Assembly (NCBI GenBank): GCA_963802945.1
Contig: CAWDKY010000027.1
Coordinates: 64,001 to 128,000 of the forward strand
Direction of reading: 5' to 3'
Origin: an uncultured delta proteobacterium
GTDB lineage: Bacteria > Desulfobacterota > RBG-13-43-22
Length of the DNA stretch: 64,000 nucleotides
The translations under genes and the position numbers were made by a program. This document shows, piece after piece, positions 19,700-29,880 of the stretch (the first letter of the stretch is position 1; every line of letters starts with the position of its first letter). Under the pieces are notes generated by a model. It did no database searches. It worked only from the letters and a program-made list of their open reading frames with translations, and was not told the DNA's origin.

Positions 19700-20815
19700 T
19701 TAGGCAAACCGGCACAGCGGTTGGCGGGTTCCTGTTTTGGTCATGACAATCTGCCATAACTGAATGTTCCGGGCACGGAAGGACCCGGCACACGACAGGA
19801 GGTAATATTCCCATATCCTTTTAAAAACCGGATCATATCTGCCGGAAAGGGCGTTCCAGGCTTTTTGAAAGCGGTCATTCCAAGCCAGGAGGGTTCTGTC
19901 ATAGTGAGGGCCGAGATTGTGGAGGTCCTCGATAGTGAAAAGATCCTCCGCTGCCTTGGCAATCTGAGTGATGCTGGGCAGCATTCCGTTGGGAAAGATA
20001 TAGCGGTTGATCCAGGGATCGCAGTTGATTTGGGAAACATTGCCGCCGATGGTATGGAGGAGAAAGATCCCTTCCTCTTTCAGACAGCGGTGGGCGATTT
20101 TCATAAACGTCCGGTAGTTCTTCTGTCCCACGTGTTCGAACATTCCGACGGATACGATCTTGTCGAAGCGCCCCTCGATCTGCCGGTAATCCTGACAGAG
20201 GATTTTCACCGGCAGATCCTTACAGGACTCGCGGGCGTGCCGGATCTGCTCCTCGGAAATATTGACGGCCGTAACTTGGCAGCCGTAATGTTCGGCGGCA
20301 TAGCGGGCAAAACCGCCCCAGCCGCAGCCAATGTCCAGAATGTGATCCTTGGGGTGCAGGTCGATTTTTTGGCAAATGAGATCGAGTTTTTTCTCCTGGG
20401 CTTTTATCAGATCGTTTGTTCCCTGGAAGTAGGCGCAGCTGTACTGATTGTAGGGGTCTAAAAAGGAAAAGAAAAGATCGTTTCCAAGATCGTAGTGCCT
20501 ATGGGCGACGATCTTGGCCCGGCCTAATGACTGGCGGTTGAAAACCCAAGCCGAGAGGTAAGCCAAAAGCAGTCTGAGATTCCCGCGGACTTTCTCTTCC
20601 AGATTTCCTTTGAGAACCCGCCAGATAAATTCATCTATCCGGGCACAGTCCCACCAGCCCGCCATGTAGGATTCCCCAAGCCCGAGGTTGCCGTCCTTAA
20701 GCACGCGGGCATAAAATCGCTCATCCCGCACCTGAATGTCCCAGGGATCAGGACCGTTGATCCGGACGCCGGCTTCGGAAATCAATTGCTCGACTATTTT
20801 TTTGCTGCCATTCAT
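19700..20815 (-). CDS. cfa: Cyclopropane fatty acyl phospholipid synthase
   Basis: LGLGESYM.GWW, HYDLGNDLF, LDIGCGWGG, IVSVGMFEHVG, YIFPNGMLPS, WEYYLLSCAG. Confidence 0.96.
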   Translation of the reverse strand: MNGSKKIVEQLISEAGVRINGPDPWDIQVRDERFYARVLKDGNLGLGESYMAGWWDCARIDEFIWRVLKGNLEEKVRGNLRLLLAYLSAWVFNRQSLGRAKIVAHRHYDLGNDLFFSFLDPYNQYSCAYFQGTNDLIKAQEKKLDLICQKIDLHPKDHILDIGCGWGGFARYAAEHYGCQVTAVNISEEQIRHARESCKDLPVKILCQDYRQIEGRFDKIVSVGMFEHVGQKNYRTFMKIAHRCLKEEGIFLLHTIGGNVSQINCDPWINRYIFPNGMLPSITQIAKAAEDLFTIEDLHNLGPHYDRTLLAWNDRFQKAWNALSGRYDPVFKRIWEYYLLSCAGSFRARNIQLWQIVMTKTGTRQPLCRFA

Positions 20816-20969
20816 GGCTCGCCTCCCTGTCCTTATCCCTTTTGAAGAGGATGACCTTGCCACCTTGCCAGGCCCCACCCGGCGCCCTGAATCTGCGGCA
20901 GCTTCGTCTCTGGCAGTATCGACCTTCAAGCTTATACTACCCGGCTAATCGGGAATAGATGGACAGAAA

Positions 20970-21476
20970 TTAAATCCCTGCCTCCCTATACTTTTCAAAA
21001 AACGCCAAATAGGATTGATTCCCGGCTTCAAGCCGCTTCATGACACCTGATTTAACTTCACCCTGGATCTTGCCGGGGACGCCCACCACAAAGGAGCGGT
21101 CCGGGATCTTCATGCCTGGGCTGACCACACAGCCTGCGCCGATGACGCAATAATCACCAATCTCGCTGTTATCGAGTATGGTAGCGTTACTGCCGATCAG
21201 GGTATTATTCCCGATCCTTTTCCCATGAAGAACGACGCTGTGCCCGATAATGACCTGATTCCCGATCTCCATGGGCTGGCCGCAATGGACCACGCAATTG
21301 TCTTCAATGATGGTCCGGCAACCAATTTTGATGGAGGCGAAATCTCCTCTGATGACCACTCCGGGCCAGATCCCGGATTGTTGCCCTATTTCTACATCTC
21401 CGATAATATAGGCAGTCTGGCAAATATAGGCCGATTCGGAAATCTTGGGTTCCTTACCGTTAAAAGTCTTGATCAT
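20970..21476 (-). CDS. Gamma carbonic anhydrase family protein
   Basis: IGDVEIG...IWPGVVIRGD, DNCVVH, IGHSVVLHG hexapeptide repeats. Confidence 0.93.
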   Translation of the reverse strand: MIKTFNGKEPKISESAYICQTAYIIGDVEIGQQSGIWPGVVIRGDFASIKIGCRTIIEDNCVVHCGQPMEIGNQVIIGHSVVLHGKRIGNNTLIGSNATILDNSEIGDYCVIGAGCVVSPGMKIPDRSFVVGVPGKIQGEVKSGVMKRLEAGNQSYLAFFEKYREAGI

Positions 21477-21498
21477 GATATTTTCCTGTTCATAGATT

Positions 21499-21652
21499 AA
21501 CAGGTTGCTGAAAAAAATCTATTTACTGCGTTGCCCTCATCCCTCGTCATTGAGACGTACTCCTTTGTACGACTCATTCCTCGGGATTTCGGGCGCCTTA
21601 TATCTGGACTCTTTTGAGTAACCTGTAAAAATAAGTTTTTCCGCATCCTGTT
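21499..21652. mobile_element. MITE-like element
   Basis: Terminal inverted repeats AACAGGTTGCTGAAAAA / TTTTTCCGCATCCTGTT around a 154-bp non-coding, internally palindromic body. Confidence 0.7.
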
Positions 21653-21662
21653 GATTTGAGAT

Positions 21663-21950
21663 TCATCCTCCGGCAAGAATAGCCAGGATGCGAATCTCAT
21701 CGTCAAGCTTGAGAGCCCTATCCAGAAGGCCTTTGGTGTTTAAGTTCAAGATCACTTCATTGTTGATGCCGATTAAAACCCGGAGCAGATCATTCGGATC
21801 AAATAACCAACTTCGAATCTCGGGGTATTGCCGGATAAGATCATCCAGGCCTTCTCCGATGGTTTTCCCGTAAACTTCCACTGTTTCGGGAATCTGCAAA
21901 TGTTCTTGTAAAACCGGGGCTATTTTAACCAGGGTAGTCATTTTTTCCAT
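21663..21950 (-). CDS. MoaD/ThiS family sulfur carrier protein
   Basis: Beta-grasp size (95 aa), G.TIGE.LDDL..QYP, C-terminal ILAGG. Confidence 0.88.
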   Translation of the reverse strand: MEKMTTLVKIAPVLQEHLQIPETVEVYGKTIGEGLDDLIRQYPEIRSWLFDPNDLLRVLIGINNEVILNLNTKGLLDRALKLDDEIRILAILAGG

Positions 21951-22017
21951 GACGATATTTAAGCGCGAAAAAAAAGAATCCAGAATAAAGGCTCTTGATT
22001 CCTTGATTCAAAATTTT

Positions 22018-22066
22018 ATTTTCATGCTTCGTGGTGCCCCGCCCCTGGCAGGAGTAGGACGGTTTA
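22018..22066 (-). repeat. Short dispersed repeat (...CACCACGAAGCATGAAAAT family)
   Basis: Related copies at 47884-47926 and 58286-58332. Confidence 0.65.
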
Positions 22067-22083
22067 TGGTTTAATCTTGAACC

Positions 22084-24339
22084 TTAATCCTGGTTTTTCT
22101 TTTGTTGCTTAATGCCTTTTAACACTACCTCAGGAGTCAGGGGTAATTCCTTAAACCTTACTCCTGTGGCAGCATAAACGGCGTTGGCCACAGCCGCCAG
22201 GACCGGGATCATGGGCGGCTCACCGGCGTGCCTCAAGCCGTAAACCCCTTTTGAAGAGCCGACCTCGACGATCAAGGTCTCTATCATGGGGACGTCGGTG
22301 GCGGTAGGCATTTTATAATCCAGCAGGGTTGCGTTTTGCATCACCCCTTTTTCAAAAATATAATTCTCCATCAAAGCCCAGCCGATACCCTGGGTGACCG
22401 CACCCTGTATCTGTCCCTCAATGGACAGAGGATTAATGGCCAAACCCACATCCTGGGCCACGGCATAGGCCAGTATCCTGACCTTCCCGGTTTCTTGGTC
22501 TACCTCTACATCGGCAGCCTGAACCGATAAGGTAGGTGCAGGGGGAAGCCCATTTGCAGCGCCTCTGCCCAATACAGGCCCTTGGCCAAAGATCACTGCC
22601 GTTGATCTGGCAAGTTCCGCAAAGGAAATTGATTTCCCGGTATTTCCTTTTACCTGAAAAAGTCCTTGGGCGAATTTAATTTCGGAAGGGTTCACGCCGA
22701 ATCTTTTTGCGGCCAGAGCGCTCATCTGGACCTTAACATCCTGGCAGGCCCGAACCACAGCGGTACTCAAGGAATAAACCGTCAAACTGCCGACCGACAT
22801 GGTCGCCCAGGGAGCAGTCTCCGTATCACCAATGACCACCTTGACTTTATTAATGGGGAGGTTGAGCTCTTCGGCGGCGATCTGGGCAATACTGGTGCGG
22901 CTGCCGGAGATATCGGTCAGGCCAAGCACCAGGTTGATTGACCCGTCGCTGTTGACCTGGATATTAGCTCCGAAACCTGCCGAGGCCCCGCGCCAGAAAC
23001 CGCAGGCAATGCCCCGTCCTCGATTTCTGCCTTCCAAGGGCCCTTTTCTTTCTAAATACCCGGCCATCCTTTCCAGAGTTTCTTTAAAACCGACCCGGGG
23101 CAACACTTCGCCAATAGGCAGCCTATCCCCCTCCTTGGCTGCATTCAGAATACGCAATTGTAATGGGTCCATCTTCAGCTGCTCGGCCATGATATCCAGA
23201 TGGGATTCTATGGCAAAGTGGGCCTGAGGAATGGCCGGTGCGCGGTAAAAGGCCGAGGGTACTTTGTTGGTAAGCACATCTTTGGTATCGATGCACACAT
23301 TGGGGATATGATACTGGCAAAATACGTTGCCGCCGGTGAACATGGCATGGGACATCTCCGGAAAAGCACCGCCATCATAAATGATCTCGGCTGAGGCGGC
23401 TGTAATGAGGCCTTTTTTAGTCAGGCCCATCTTGATGGTGATGATGGAATCGGGAGCCGGACGACTGTCTTTCAGCACTTCCTCCCTGGTCATCTCCATC
23501 CTGACCGGGCGGCCGGATTTCATGGCCAGCAAGGCACAAAGAGGGGCCAGCGGCTGATAGGTTTTTCCTCCAAAGGCGCCGCCGATTTCCACCGGAACGA
23601 TTTTAACCTGACTTCGCGGTACTCCCAAAAAATAGGCGATCATCTGCCGGGCCATAAAGACGCCCTGACTTTGGGTCCATATCGTCACCTGGCCGCTGAC
23701 CGAGACGGCAGCAACGGCGGCAAAAGGTTCAATAAATCCATGGTGGACCTTTTGGGTACGGTAGGTGTTTTCCAGAATAAGGTCCGCTTTCTTGAATCCG
23801 GCCTTTAAATCACCCTTATCTATCTTCGTGTGATAGGCAATATTACTGGGTTTGTCTCTTTTGCCGGGTGTGGGATTAGTGATGACATTGGTATAGAGTT
23901 CGGGATGAATCAAGGGCGAAGAGGGTTGCATGGCCTCCAAAATATCGAGCACTGCTGGCATTGGCTCATAGTCTACCTCGATTAGGTCCAGGGCCTTTTC
24001 CGTTATCTCCAGGCTTAGGGCCGCCACTACGGCCACGGGCTGTCCCGCATAGACGACCTTGCCTTTGGCCAGGTGCGGCAATTCGTTAAAGGTCAGTTCG
24101 TTTCCTTTTTTATAGCCAGGTACGTCCGAAGCGGTAATCACGGCCATGACCCCATCCAAGTCTTGAGCCTTGCGAACATTTAAACGCCGGATAACGGCAT
24201 GGGGCAGAGGGCTCCTGAGCACCTGGCCGTGAAGCATATTGGGCAAAGCAATATCCCCGCTGAAAACGGCCTCTCCGGTAACTTTGCTGATGGCGTCCAC
24301 CCGGGGTAGGCGCTGGCCGACAACAGAATATTTTGCCAT
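22084..24339 (-). CDS. Xanthine dehydrogenase family molybdopterin-binding subunit
   Basis: RVDA..KVTG.A, IGGAFGGK, YRAPA.PQ, GQIQG...QGIG.AL, AGEPP. Confidence 0.95.
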   Translation of the reverse strand: MAKYSVVGQRLPRVDAISKVTGEAVFSGDIALPNMLHGQVLRSPLPHAVIRRLNVRKAQDLDGVMAVITASDVPGYKKGNELTFNELPHLAKGKVVYAGQPVAVVAALSLEITEKALDLIEVDYEPMPAVLDILEAMQPSSPLIHPELYTNVITNPTPGKRDKPSNIAYHTKIDKGDLKAGFKKADLILENTYRTQKVHHGFIEPFAAVAAVSVSGQVTIWTQSQGVFMARQMIAYFLGVPRSQVKIVPVEIGGAFGGKTYQPLAPLCALLAMKSGRPVRMEMTREEVLKDSRPAPDSIITIKMGLTKKGLITAASAEIIYDGGAFPEMSHAMFTGGNVFCQYHIPNVCIDTKDVLTNKVPSAFYRAPAIPQAHFAIESHLDIMAEQLKMDPLQLRILNAAKEGDRLPIGEVLPRVGFKETLERMAGYLERKGPLEGRNRGRGIACGFWRGASAGFGANIQVNSDGSINLVLGLTDISGSRTSIAQIAAEELNLPINKVKVVIGDTETAPWATMSVGSLTVYSLSTAVVRACQDVKVQMSALAAKRFGVNPSEIKFAQGLFQVKGNTGKSISFAELARSTAVIFGQGPVLGRGAANGLPPAPTLSVQAADVEVDQETGKVRILAYAVAQDVGLAINPLSIEGQIQGAVTQGIGWALMENYIFEKGVMQNATLLDYKMPTATDVPMIETLIVEVGSSKGVYGLRHAGEPPMIPVLAAVANAVYAATGVRFKELPLTPEVVLKGIKQQKKNQD

Positions 24340-24806
24340 CAGGCCCTCCCTTTATCCGTGGTCCGAGCAACACTCATGATGGCCCGGATGATTTTATCGT
24401 AGCCGGTGCATCGGCAGAGGTTACCAGCTATGGCCTCTCTGATTTGGGTTTCGGAAGGCATCGGATTTGAATCCAGGAAGGCTTTGGCCGTAAGAATCAT
24501 ACCCGGTGTACAGAATCCGCATTGTACCGCACCTTCATCCATGAAGGCCTGCTGGAGAGGATGGAGTTTACCCTCCTGGGCCAATCCTTCGATGGTGGTG
24601 ATTTCTTTCCCTTTGGCCTCAGCGATAAAGACCAGGCAGGCGTTAACTGCTTGGCCGTCCATCAGAACCGTGCAGGAACCGCAACTCCCGGTGCCGCAGC
24701 CTTCTTTGGTCCCGGTGAATCCCAGTTCATACCGAAGCACCTCTAATAAGGTGCGCCAAGGCTTGGCTGCAATTTTATAGTCTCGGCCATTGACTTTTAT
24801 TTTCAT
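24339..24806 (-). CDS. Xanthine dehydrogenase family 2Fe-2S subunit
   Basis: GTKEGCGTGSCGSCTV, QCGFCTPG, GNLCRCTGY. Confidence 0.96.
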   Translation of the reverse strand: MKIKVNGRDYKIAAKPWRTLLEVLRYELGFTGTKEGCGTGSCGSCTVLMDGQAVNACLVFIAEAKGKEITTIEGLAQEGKLHPLQQAFMDEGAVQCGFCTPGMILTAKAFLDSNPMPSETQIREAIAGNLCRCTGYDKIIRAIMSVARTTDKGRA

Positions 24807-24958
24807 GGTATTTTTGCTCTTAAAAAATTACCAAGGCTATTTGTGAAAATTTTCACTTCAGTCTTACCCGTCGGAGATGAAAGGCTGATTAGGTCCCATT
24901 TAAAGATGCTGGATACTGGATGCTGAATACTGCATTTAGGGTTTTTATCAAGTATCTA

Positions 24959-26093
24959 TAGTTAACGCCATAAATAAGTAGACATTATGTGCATTCCATG
25001 CTATAATGACTCCCAATAAAATCACATTGGGAGGAAAGCCATGAAAGCTCTAAGCCTCGATCACCCAAAGATGACGCGAGAGACCTTGTTACGAATGGCC
25101 GATGAAATTCCGGGAGCTTGGATCGGCATGCGGATCGCCGGTTATCTTCTGCTCTTGGCCGGGTGGAAATCCACGGCTGTTGCCGAACTGTTCGGGTTGA
25201 CCCGGTGGACGGTGGTGAAATGGATTCATAAGAGCAACGAGGAGGGAATTGGGGCTGTCCGCGATCGATTTCGCCCTGGCCGGCCTTCCCACTTGGATGA
25301 TCGCTTGAAGAGGGAACTGGACGTGGTCTTGTCCAAGTCTCCGAAAGACTATGGCATTGCCCGGGTCCGGTGGGATGGGGTGGTCTTGACGGAATATTTG
25401 AAGCGTTTTCATCGCATAACCATCCATGTCCGCCATGCCCAACGGTGGATACGTCAGTTGGGGTATTCCCTGAGGCAGCCGATGTACCGGTTTGTTCAGG
25501 CTTCCCAGGAAGGGGTAGAGGCATTTCAGAGGGAATTAAAAAAAACTCCGCCAGGCCGAAAAGAGCGAAGGAAGAAGAATCATTCTGTTTGAGGACGAAA
25601 GCGGGTTTAGTCTTCATCCGAGGCTGGGTCGTGTCTGGGTAAAGAAAGGAACGCAACCGTACGTCTCCACCCGGAGCCAACATCAGAAGCGGCTTAATCT
25701 CTTTGGATGGGTCGCTCCCGTTGATGGGCTGCATGGCATGATGAAATGGAGGAAGGGCAATACCGAGGGCTTTATGCGGCTTCTCAAAAGCATCATGATA
25801 CGTTTCAAAGATAAGAGTATCGATCTTTGGATAGATCGAGCCCCATGGCACAGGGGAGAGATGGTGGAGCACTTTCGGAGTCAACACCGTCGAGTGCATC
25901 TTCACTATCTTCCGCCCTACCATCCGGAGCTGAATTATCAAGAAACTCTTTGGCGAACCATGCGCTATGAGGAAACAACGAATGCCTTTTTTGAGACTCT
26001 TGAAACCCTGGAGGTCTCTGTCTTTAAAAGGTCGCAACGATGGAAACCTCAAAAGATAAAATCTTTATGTCCACTTATTTAAGACGTTCACTA
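24959..26093 (+). mobile_element. Complete IS630-family insertion sequence (~1.13 kb)
   Basis: Imperfect TIRs TAGTTAACGCCATAAATAAGTAGACA / TGTCCACTTATTTAAGACGTTCACTA with flanking TA duplication. Confidence 0.95.
25041..26082 (+). CDS. IS630 transposase (HTH orfA + DDE orfB joined by a frameshift at an A8 run near 25538-25545)
   Basis: orfA has an HTH and RPGRPS; the downstream frame reads LFEDESGF...WIDRAPWH...LPPYHPELNYQE. Confidence 0.93.
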
Positions 26094-26208
26094 TAGTATC
26101 GGTCTTTGGTTTTATCCAGTATCTTTCCTTAAGAACTGTTGACTCCGAGACGATAAAATCTTAAAATTAACTTCTTAGATTTAAAATGTAAGAATCTAAT
26201 CTTTTTTC

Positions 26209-27105
26209 CTAAACCTCAATCCCTAGTTCTTTACAGGCTGTTCTCAGTGTCCTTTGAACCAGCACTCTCACTAATTCCCGTCGATATTCCGCAGAACCGC
26301 GTACATCCGAAATCGGGCCGGCCTCTTTGGCAGCCTGCTCCGCGGCCCGTTCAACCAACACCGGCGTCATCTTTTTGCCGACCAGGACGGCTTCGGCTCT
26401 AAGGGCCCTTAGGGGTGTGGGGGCAACGGCCCCCAGGGCGATTCGAGCCGTTTTCAATCGCCCATTTTCTGTTGCTGAAATTAAAAAAGAAGCCACTCCG
26501 GCCACGGCGATATCCATTTCTTCCCGGGTGGTATGCCTCAGGTAGCAACCGGCTGAATGCGCGGGAGGCGTGGGGATTACTATTTCCACCAGGAGTTCGT
26601 CATCGGCTAAAGCGGTTTTTCCCGGGGCCAGGAAAAAACCATTTAAAGCCATGGTGCGGCTGCCCCTGCTGGAAGCCAAGACGACCTTGGCTCCAAGACA
26701 GAGCAAGGGAGGTGCCGAATCGGCTGAAGGGGCGGCATTACAAATATTTCCCCCAATGGTTCCCCGATTTTTTATTGGTATTGACCCAATAAGGAAGCAA
26801 GCCTGCCAGAGGATACCGAATTCTTGAGGCAGCCCGTTGAAGGCCAGCAGCCGACTTAAGGGGACCGCAGCACCGAGCCGCAGTCCCTTCTGTGCGCTCC
26901 ATTCCAATCTATTCAGTTCAGGGACTTGCTTCACATCAACGACAATGGAAGGACAAACCAGCCCCTGCTTCATGAGTAACATCAGGTCCGTGCCTCCGGC
27001 CAGAATTTTAACAATGCGGTCCTTGGTCTCCAGGATCTTTAACACCTCAGGCAATGTATTCGGGGCTCGGTATTGAAATTTACCGATTGAGCGAAAATGG
27101 GTCAT
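26209..27105 (-). CDS. Xanthine dehydrogenase family FAD-binding subunit (CoxM-like)
   Basis: LAGGTDL, IKNRGTIGGNICNAAPSAD, PISDVRGSAEYR. Confidence 0.95.
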   Translation of the reverse strand: MTHFRSIGKFQYRAPNTLPEVLKILETKDRIVKILAGGTDLMLLMKQGLVCPSIVVDVKQVPELNRLEWSAQKGLRLGAAVPLSRLLAFNGLPQEFGILWQACFLIGSIPIKNRGTIGGNICNAAPSADSAPPLLCLGAKVVLASSRGSRTMALNGFFLAPGKTALADDELLVEIVIPTPPAHSAGCYLRHTTREEMDIAVAGVASFLISATENGRLKTARIALGAVAPTPLRALRAEAVLVGKKMTPVLVERAAEQAAKEAGPISDVRGSAEYRRELVRVLVQRTLRTACKELGIEV

Positions 27106-27171
27106 AAAACTTCACTATATTTTTTCTTTATCCTGTTAATGAGTGTATAATAAAAAACTCATAAATAGATA

Positions 27172-27367
27172 GGTTCAATGATGCTTTTTCTGGAGGGATT
27201 GGCGGAAGGGCGCTGCCCTTTCCTGACTTATCAGTGGGGAAAACCGCAGCCCACCTGCATGCTTTTCGCAGGTGGGAATGCGGAGGGGGAAAGGATCCCC
27301 CATGGATAAGTCGGAGAAAAGACCAGCCCGAGAGCCACCACACGGAAGAAAATGCATCTTTGAACCG
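27172..27367. other. ~196-nt rod-like imperfect hairpin (structured ncRNA or repeat element)
   Basis: Nested pairs GGTTCAA/TTGAACC, GATGC/GCATC, GACTTATC/GATAAGTC, CCGCA/TGCGG, CCCACCTGC/GCAGGTGGG. Confidence 0.7.
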
Positions 27368-27405
27368 TCCAGACTATTTTTCTCTTATTGGTAAGTCACC
27401 TTAGG

Positions 27406-29506
27406 TTATTTCAAAATGATCGAGGCGTCAACGGCTATGGGCTTGCCGTCTACGACCAATAGGGGATTGACGTCGATTTCCTGGATCTGATCAAAGGATA
27501 AAGCCATCTCCCCCAAACGGATCAGCCATTGAGCCAGGAGGTCCATGTCCACCGGTTTTGAGCCTCGAAATCCTTTAAACAAGACCTGCCCTTTCAGTTT
27601 GGATACCATCCGATAAACATCCGCCGGGTTTAAAGGGACCAGTCGGAAAACCACATCTTTATAAATCTCGGCCCGGACCCCGCCCAGTCCCAGCATGACA
27701 GCCGGTCCAAACTGGGGGTCTCGAATGATCCCGGCGATCAGCTCCAGGCCTCCCTTAAGCATAGGTTGAACTAAAAACGATGCGGGTCGGCTCCCTTCGA
27801 CCTCCATCTGCCGACAGGCAGAGACTACCTGCTCAGGTGTATTCAAATTCAATTTGACCAGCCCGGCCTCGGTTTTATGGATTAGGCCTTCCTGAAGGCC
27901 TTTGAGAACCACCGGATAGCCTAATTCCTGGGCAGCCGACAAGACTTCCTCCAACCGGCCGGCTGATTTTTTCTTCGACCACGATCAATCCGGCATCCTT
28001 CAGCCACTTTTTGGACTCCTGTTCATCAAGGATCCTGGGACCGGTCTTGGCCCTGTTTTGTATTTCTTCTTTCAAAGCAACGGGAATTTCGGGAAGGGCC
28101 GGCAAAGCGGAAACGGTTATTTTTTGCCGGCCTTCAAAAAGATCGGCCATGATTTTGCTTAGGCGGTGGATTTCAAAATAGACCGGATAACCTAATTCTT
28201 CAAGGGTCAAACGGGTATTTTCATAGCCTTCACCCGATCCGAATACCCAGAAGATTATTGGTTTTTGAGGACCGGAAGCTGGGATTCTCGAAAGCATCTC
28301 GGCCAGTTTCGTGGTCTTGCTTCCTGCCGGGGGGAACATATGAACGATAATCCCGTCCACTTCCGGGGCCTCATGAAGGATAGCGATTCCGGCCTGGTAA
28401 GCCTTCCGCTGGCCCATCTGTTCCATGGTCGGATAAAAGTCCACCGGATTTTTTATCGGCATCCAGGGAGGAGATATTTCTTCCAGACGCCTAAGGGTTT
28501 GGGGTGACAGCTCGGCCAAGGCCAGACCGTATTTCTCCAGATAGTCCGAATTAACGATTCCAGCCGCTCCACTGTAAGTCAAGACGGCAATTTGTGCCTT
28601 TCTCTCCAGGGAGTGCGGAAGGGGGAAGCCCTTATCCAAACAGCGGGCCATATCGACCATTTCAAAAAAATCATCGGACTGGTATACGGCGGCTTGTTCC
28701 AGAGCACCGCGAGCCACTTCATAATTACCGGCCAGGGAGCCGGTGTGACTGGCTGAGGCTCTGGCCCCCGAGGGCATTTTCCCACCCTTAAGAACCACGA
28801 TCGGTTTTTGAGATAAGCGGGCCATCTCGAAAAACCGTTTTCCATTGGGAATGGATTCCAGGTACATGGCTATGACCTTGGTGGCCGGGTCTTTTAAAAA
28901 ATACTCCAACAACTCGGTTTCTTCCACATCACACTTATTGCCGATGGAGCAGGCTTTGGCCAGACCAAGGCTTTTATTGGCCATGAGGGTGGTGATAAAT
29001 CCACCGGACAGGAGTCCGCTCTGAACGATTAGTGATACCCCTCCGGGATTGAAGGTCCCTTCCCAGGATTCAGGCTGGATAAAAGAGAAGACGTATTTTT
29101 TAGAGAGATCGATGAGCCCCATACAATTGGGTCCCCAGAGGCGTAATCCCCCTTTCTGGGCAATTGACAGACAGTGATCCTGAAGGGCCTTCCCTTCGTG
29201 TCCAATCTCGGCAAAACCGCTGCATTCGAGAATGGCCCCTCGAACACCTCGAGCGATGCATTGCTCCAGCACGGCCGGAACGGCCCGGGCCGGGATAAAG
29301 ACCAGGGCCAGGTCAATGGGATCCGGCACATCTAAAATAGAGGGGTAACATTTCTTGTCGAAAAGTTCATCATATTTGGGGTTGATCGGATAGATGGGAC
29401 CGTCATATCCCAGGCAGAGATTGATTAATAGATTACGTCCTCCGCCAAAACGATCAGGTGTAGCGCCGATCACCGCCACCCCCTTGGGCTCGAAGAAAAA
29501 ATCCAT
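27406..29506 (-). CDS. ADP-forming acyl-CoA synthetase (acetate-CoA ligase family), frameshift near 27966-27972
   Basis: FFEPKGVAVIGA, GPNCMG, QSG, IGNKCDV, ASHTGSLAG; ATP-grasp C-terminus GYPVVLK..HKTEAG..DPQFGP..DVNPL in the next frame. Confidence 0.92.
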
Positions 29507-29880
29507 GGCATCCTTTTCCGGGTCGAATCTCGACCTTTTGATATGTGAACACTTATTGTAAAATAGGTTTTACTTTGATCTTCAAAGGGTGGTGGCTATT
29601 CTAAAAAAGCCTCGATAGGGTGTCAAGAGATTTCGGAAACCTGTTCGCTTCCTCCCTGCCTAACATCAGGTTTCAAGGATATCGATCATAGTCCTGTTTT
29701 GCAACTTTTGTTTAATTCATCTTCGGGGTATAAAATTCAGTGATAATAGGGTCCGAGGATTCCAGGATCGAGAGTTTAATCCCGCCAAAGGCGGGACGTG
29801 GCCCCTTAAATCCTTAGAATAATTTCCAAGCTTCTCGTTGCCCTCCTCGAATGACAATTCTAAAATGGAAGTAGCGTCTG

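Noticed and set aside
22084-24339. Aerobic-type CO dehydrogenase CoxL
   Set aside because: The active-site loop is AFYRAPA, not AYxCSFR or AYRGAGR; the substrate is unknown.
24985-26052. 355-aa antisense ORF in the IS, and the 384-aa antisense ORF at 14746-15900
   Set aside because: Shadow ORFs opposite well-supported genes, with no recognisable motifs.
27232-27313. SAM-I riboswitch (CTTATC...GATAAG P1-like stem) or Moco riboswitch upstream of a Mo enzyme
   Set aside because: The SAM-I core (AGAG..GAGGGA..GGCCC, GCAACC, GGTGC) and Moco motifs are absent on both strands.
27172-27367. 6S RNA
   Set aside because: Size and rod shape fit, but TTGAACC/GGTTCAA are terminal rather than internal, the usual zapA/ygfA context is missing, and a partial second copy suggests a repeat. 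Not excluded without an Rfam scan.
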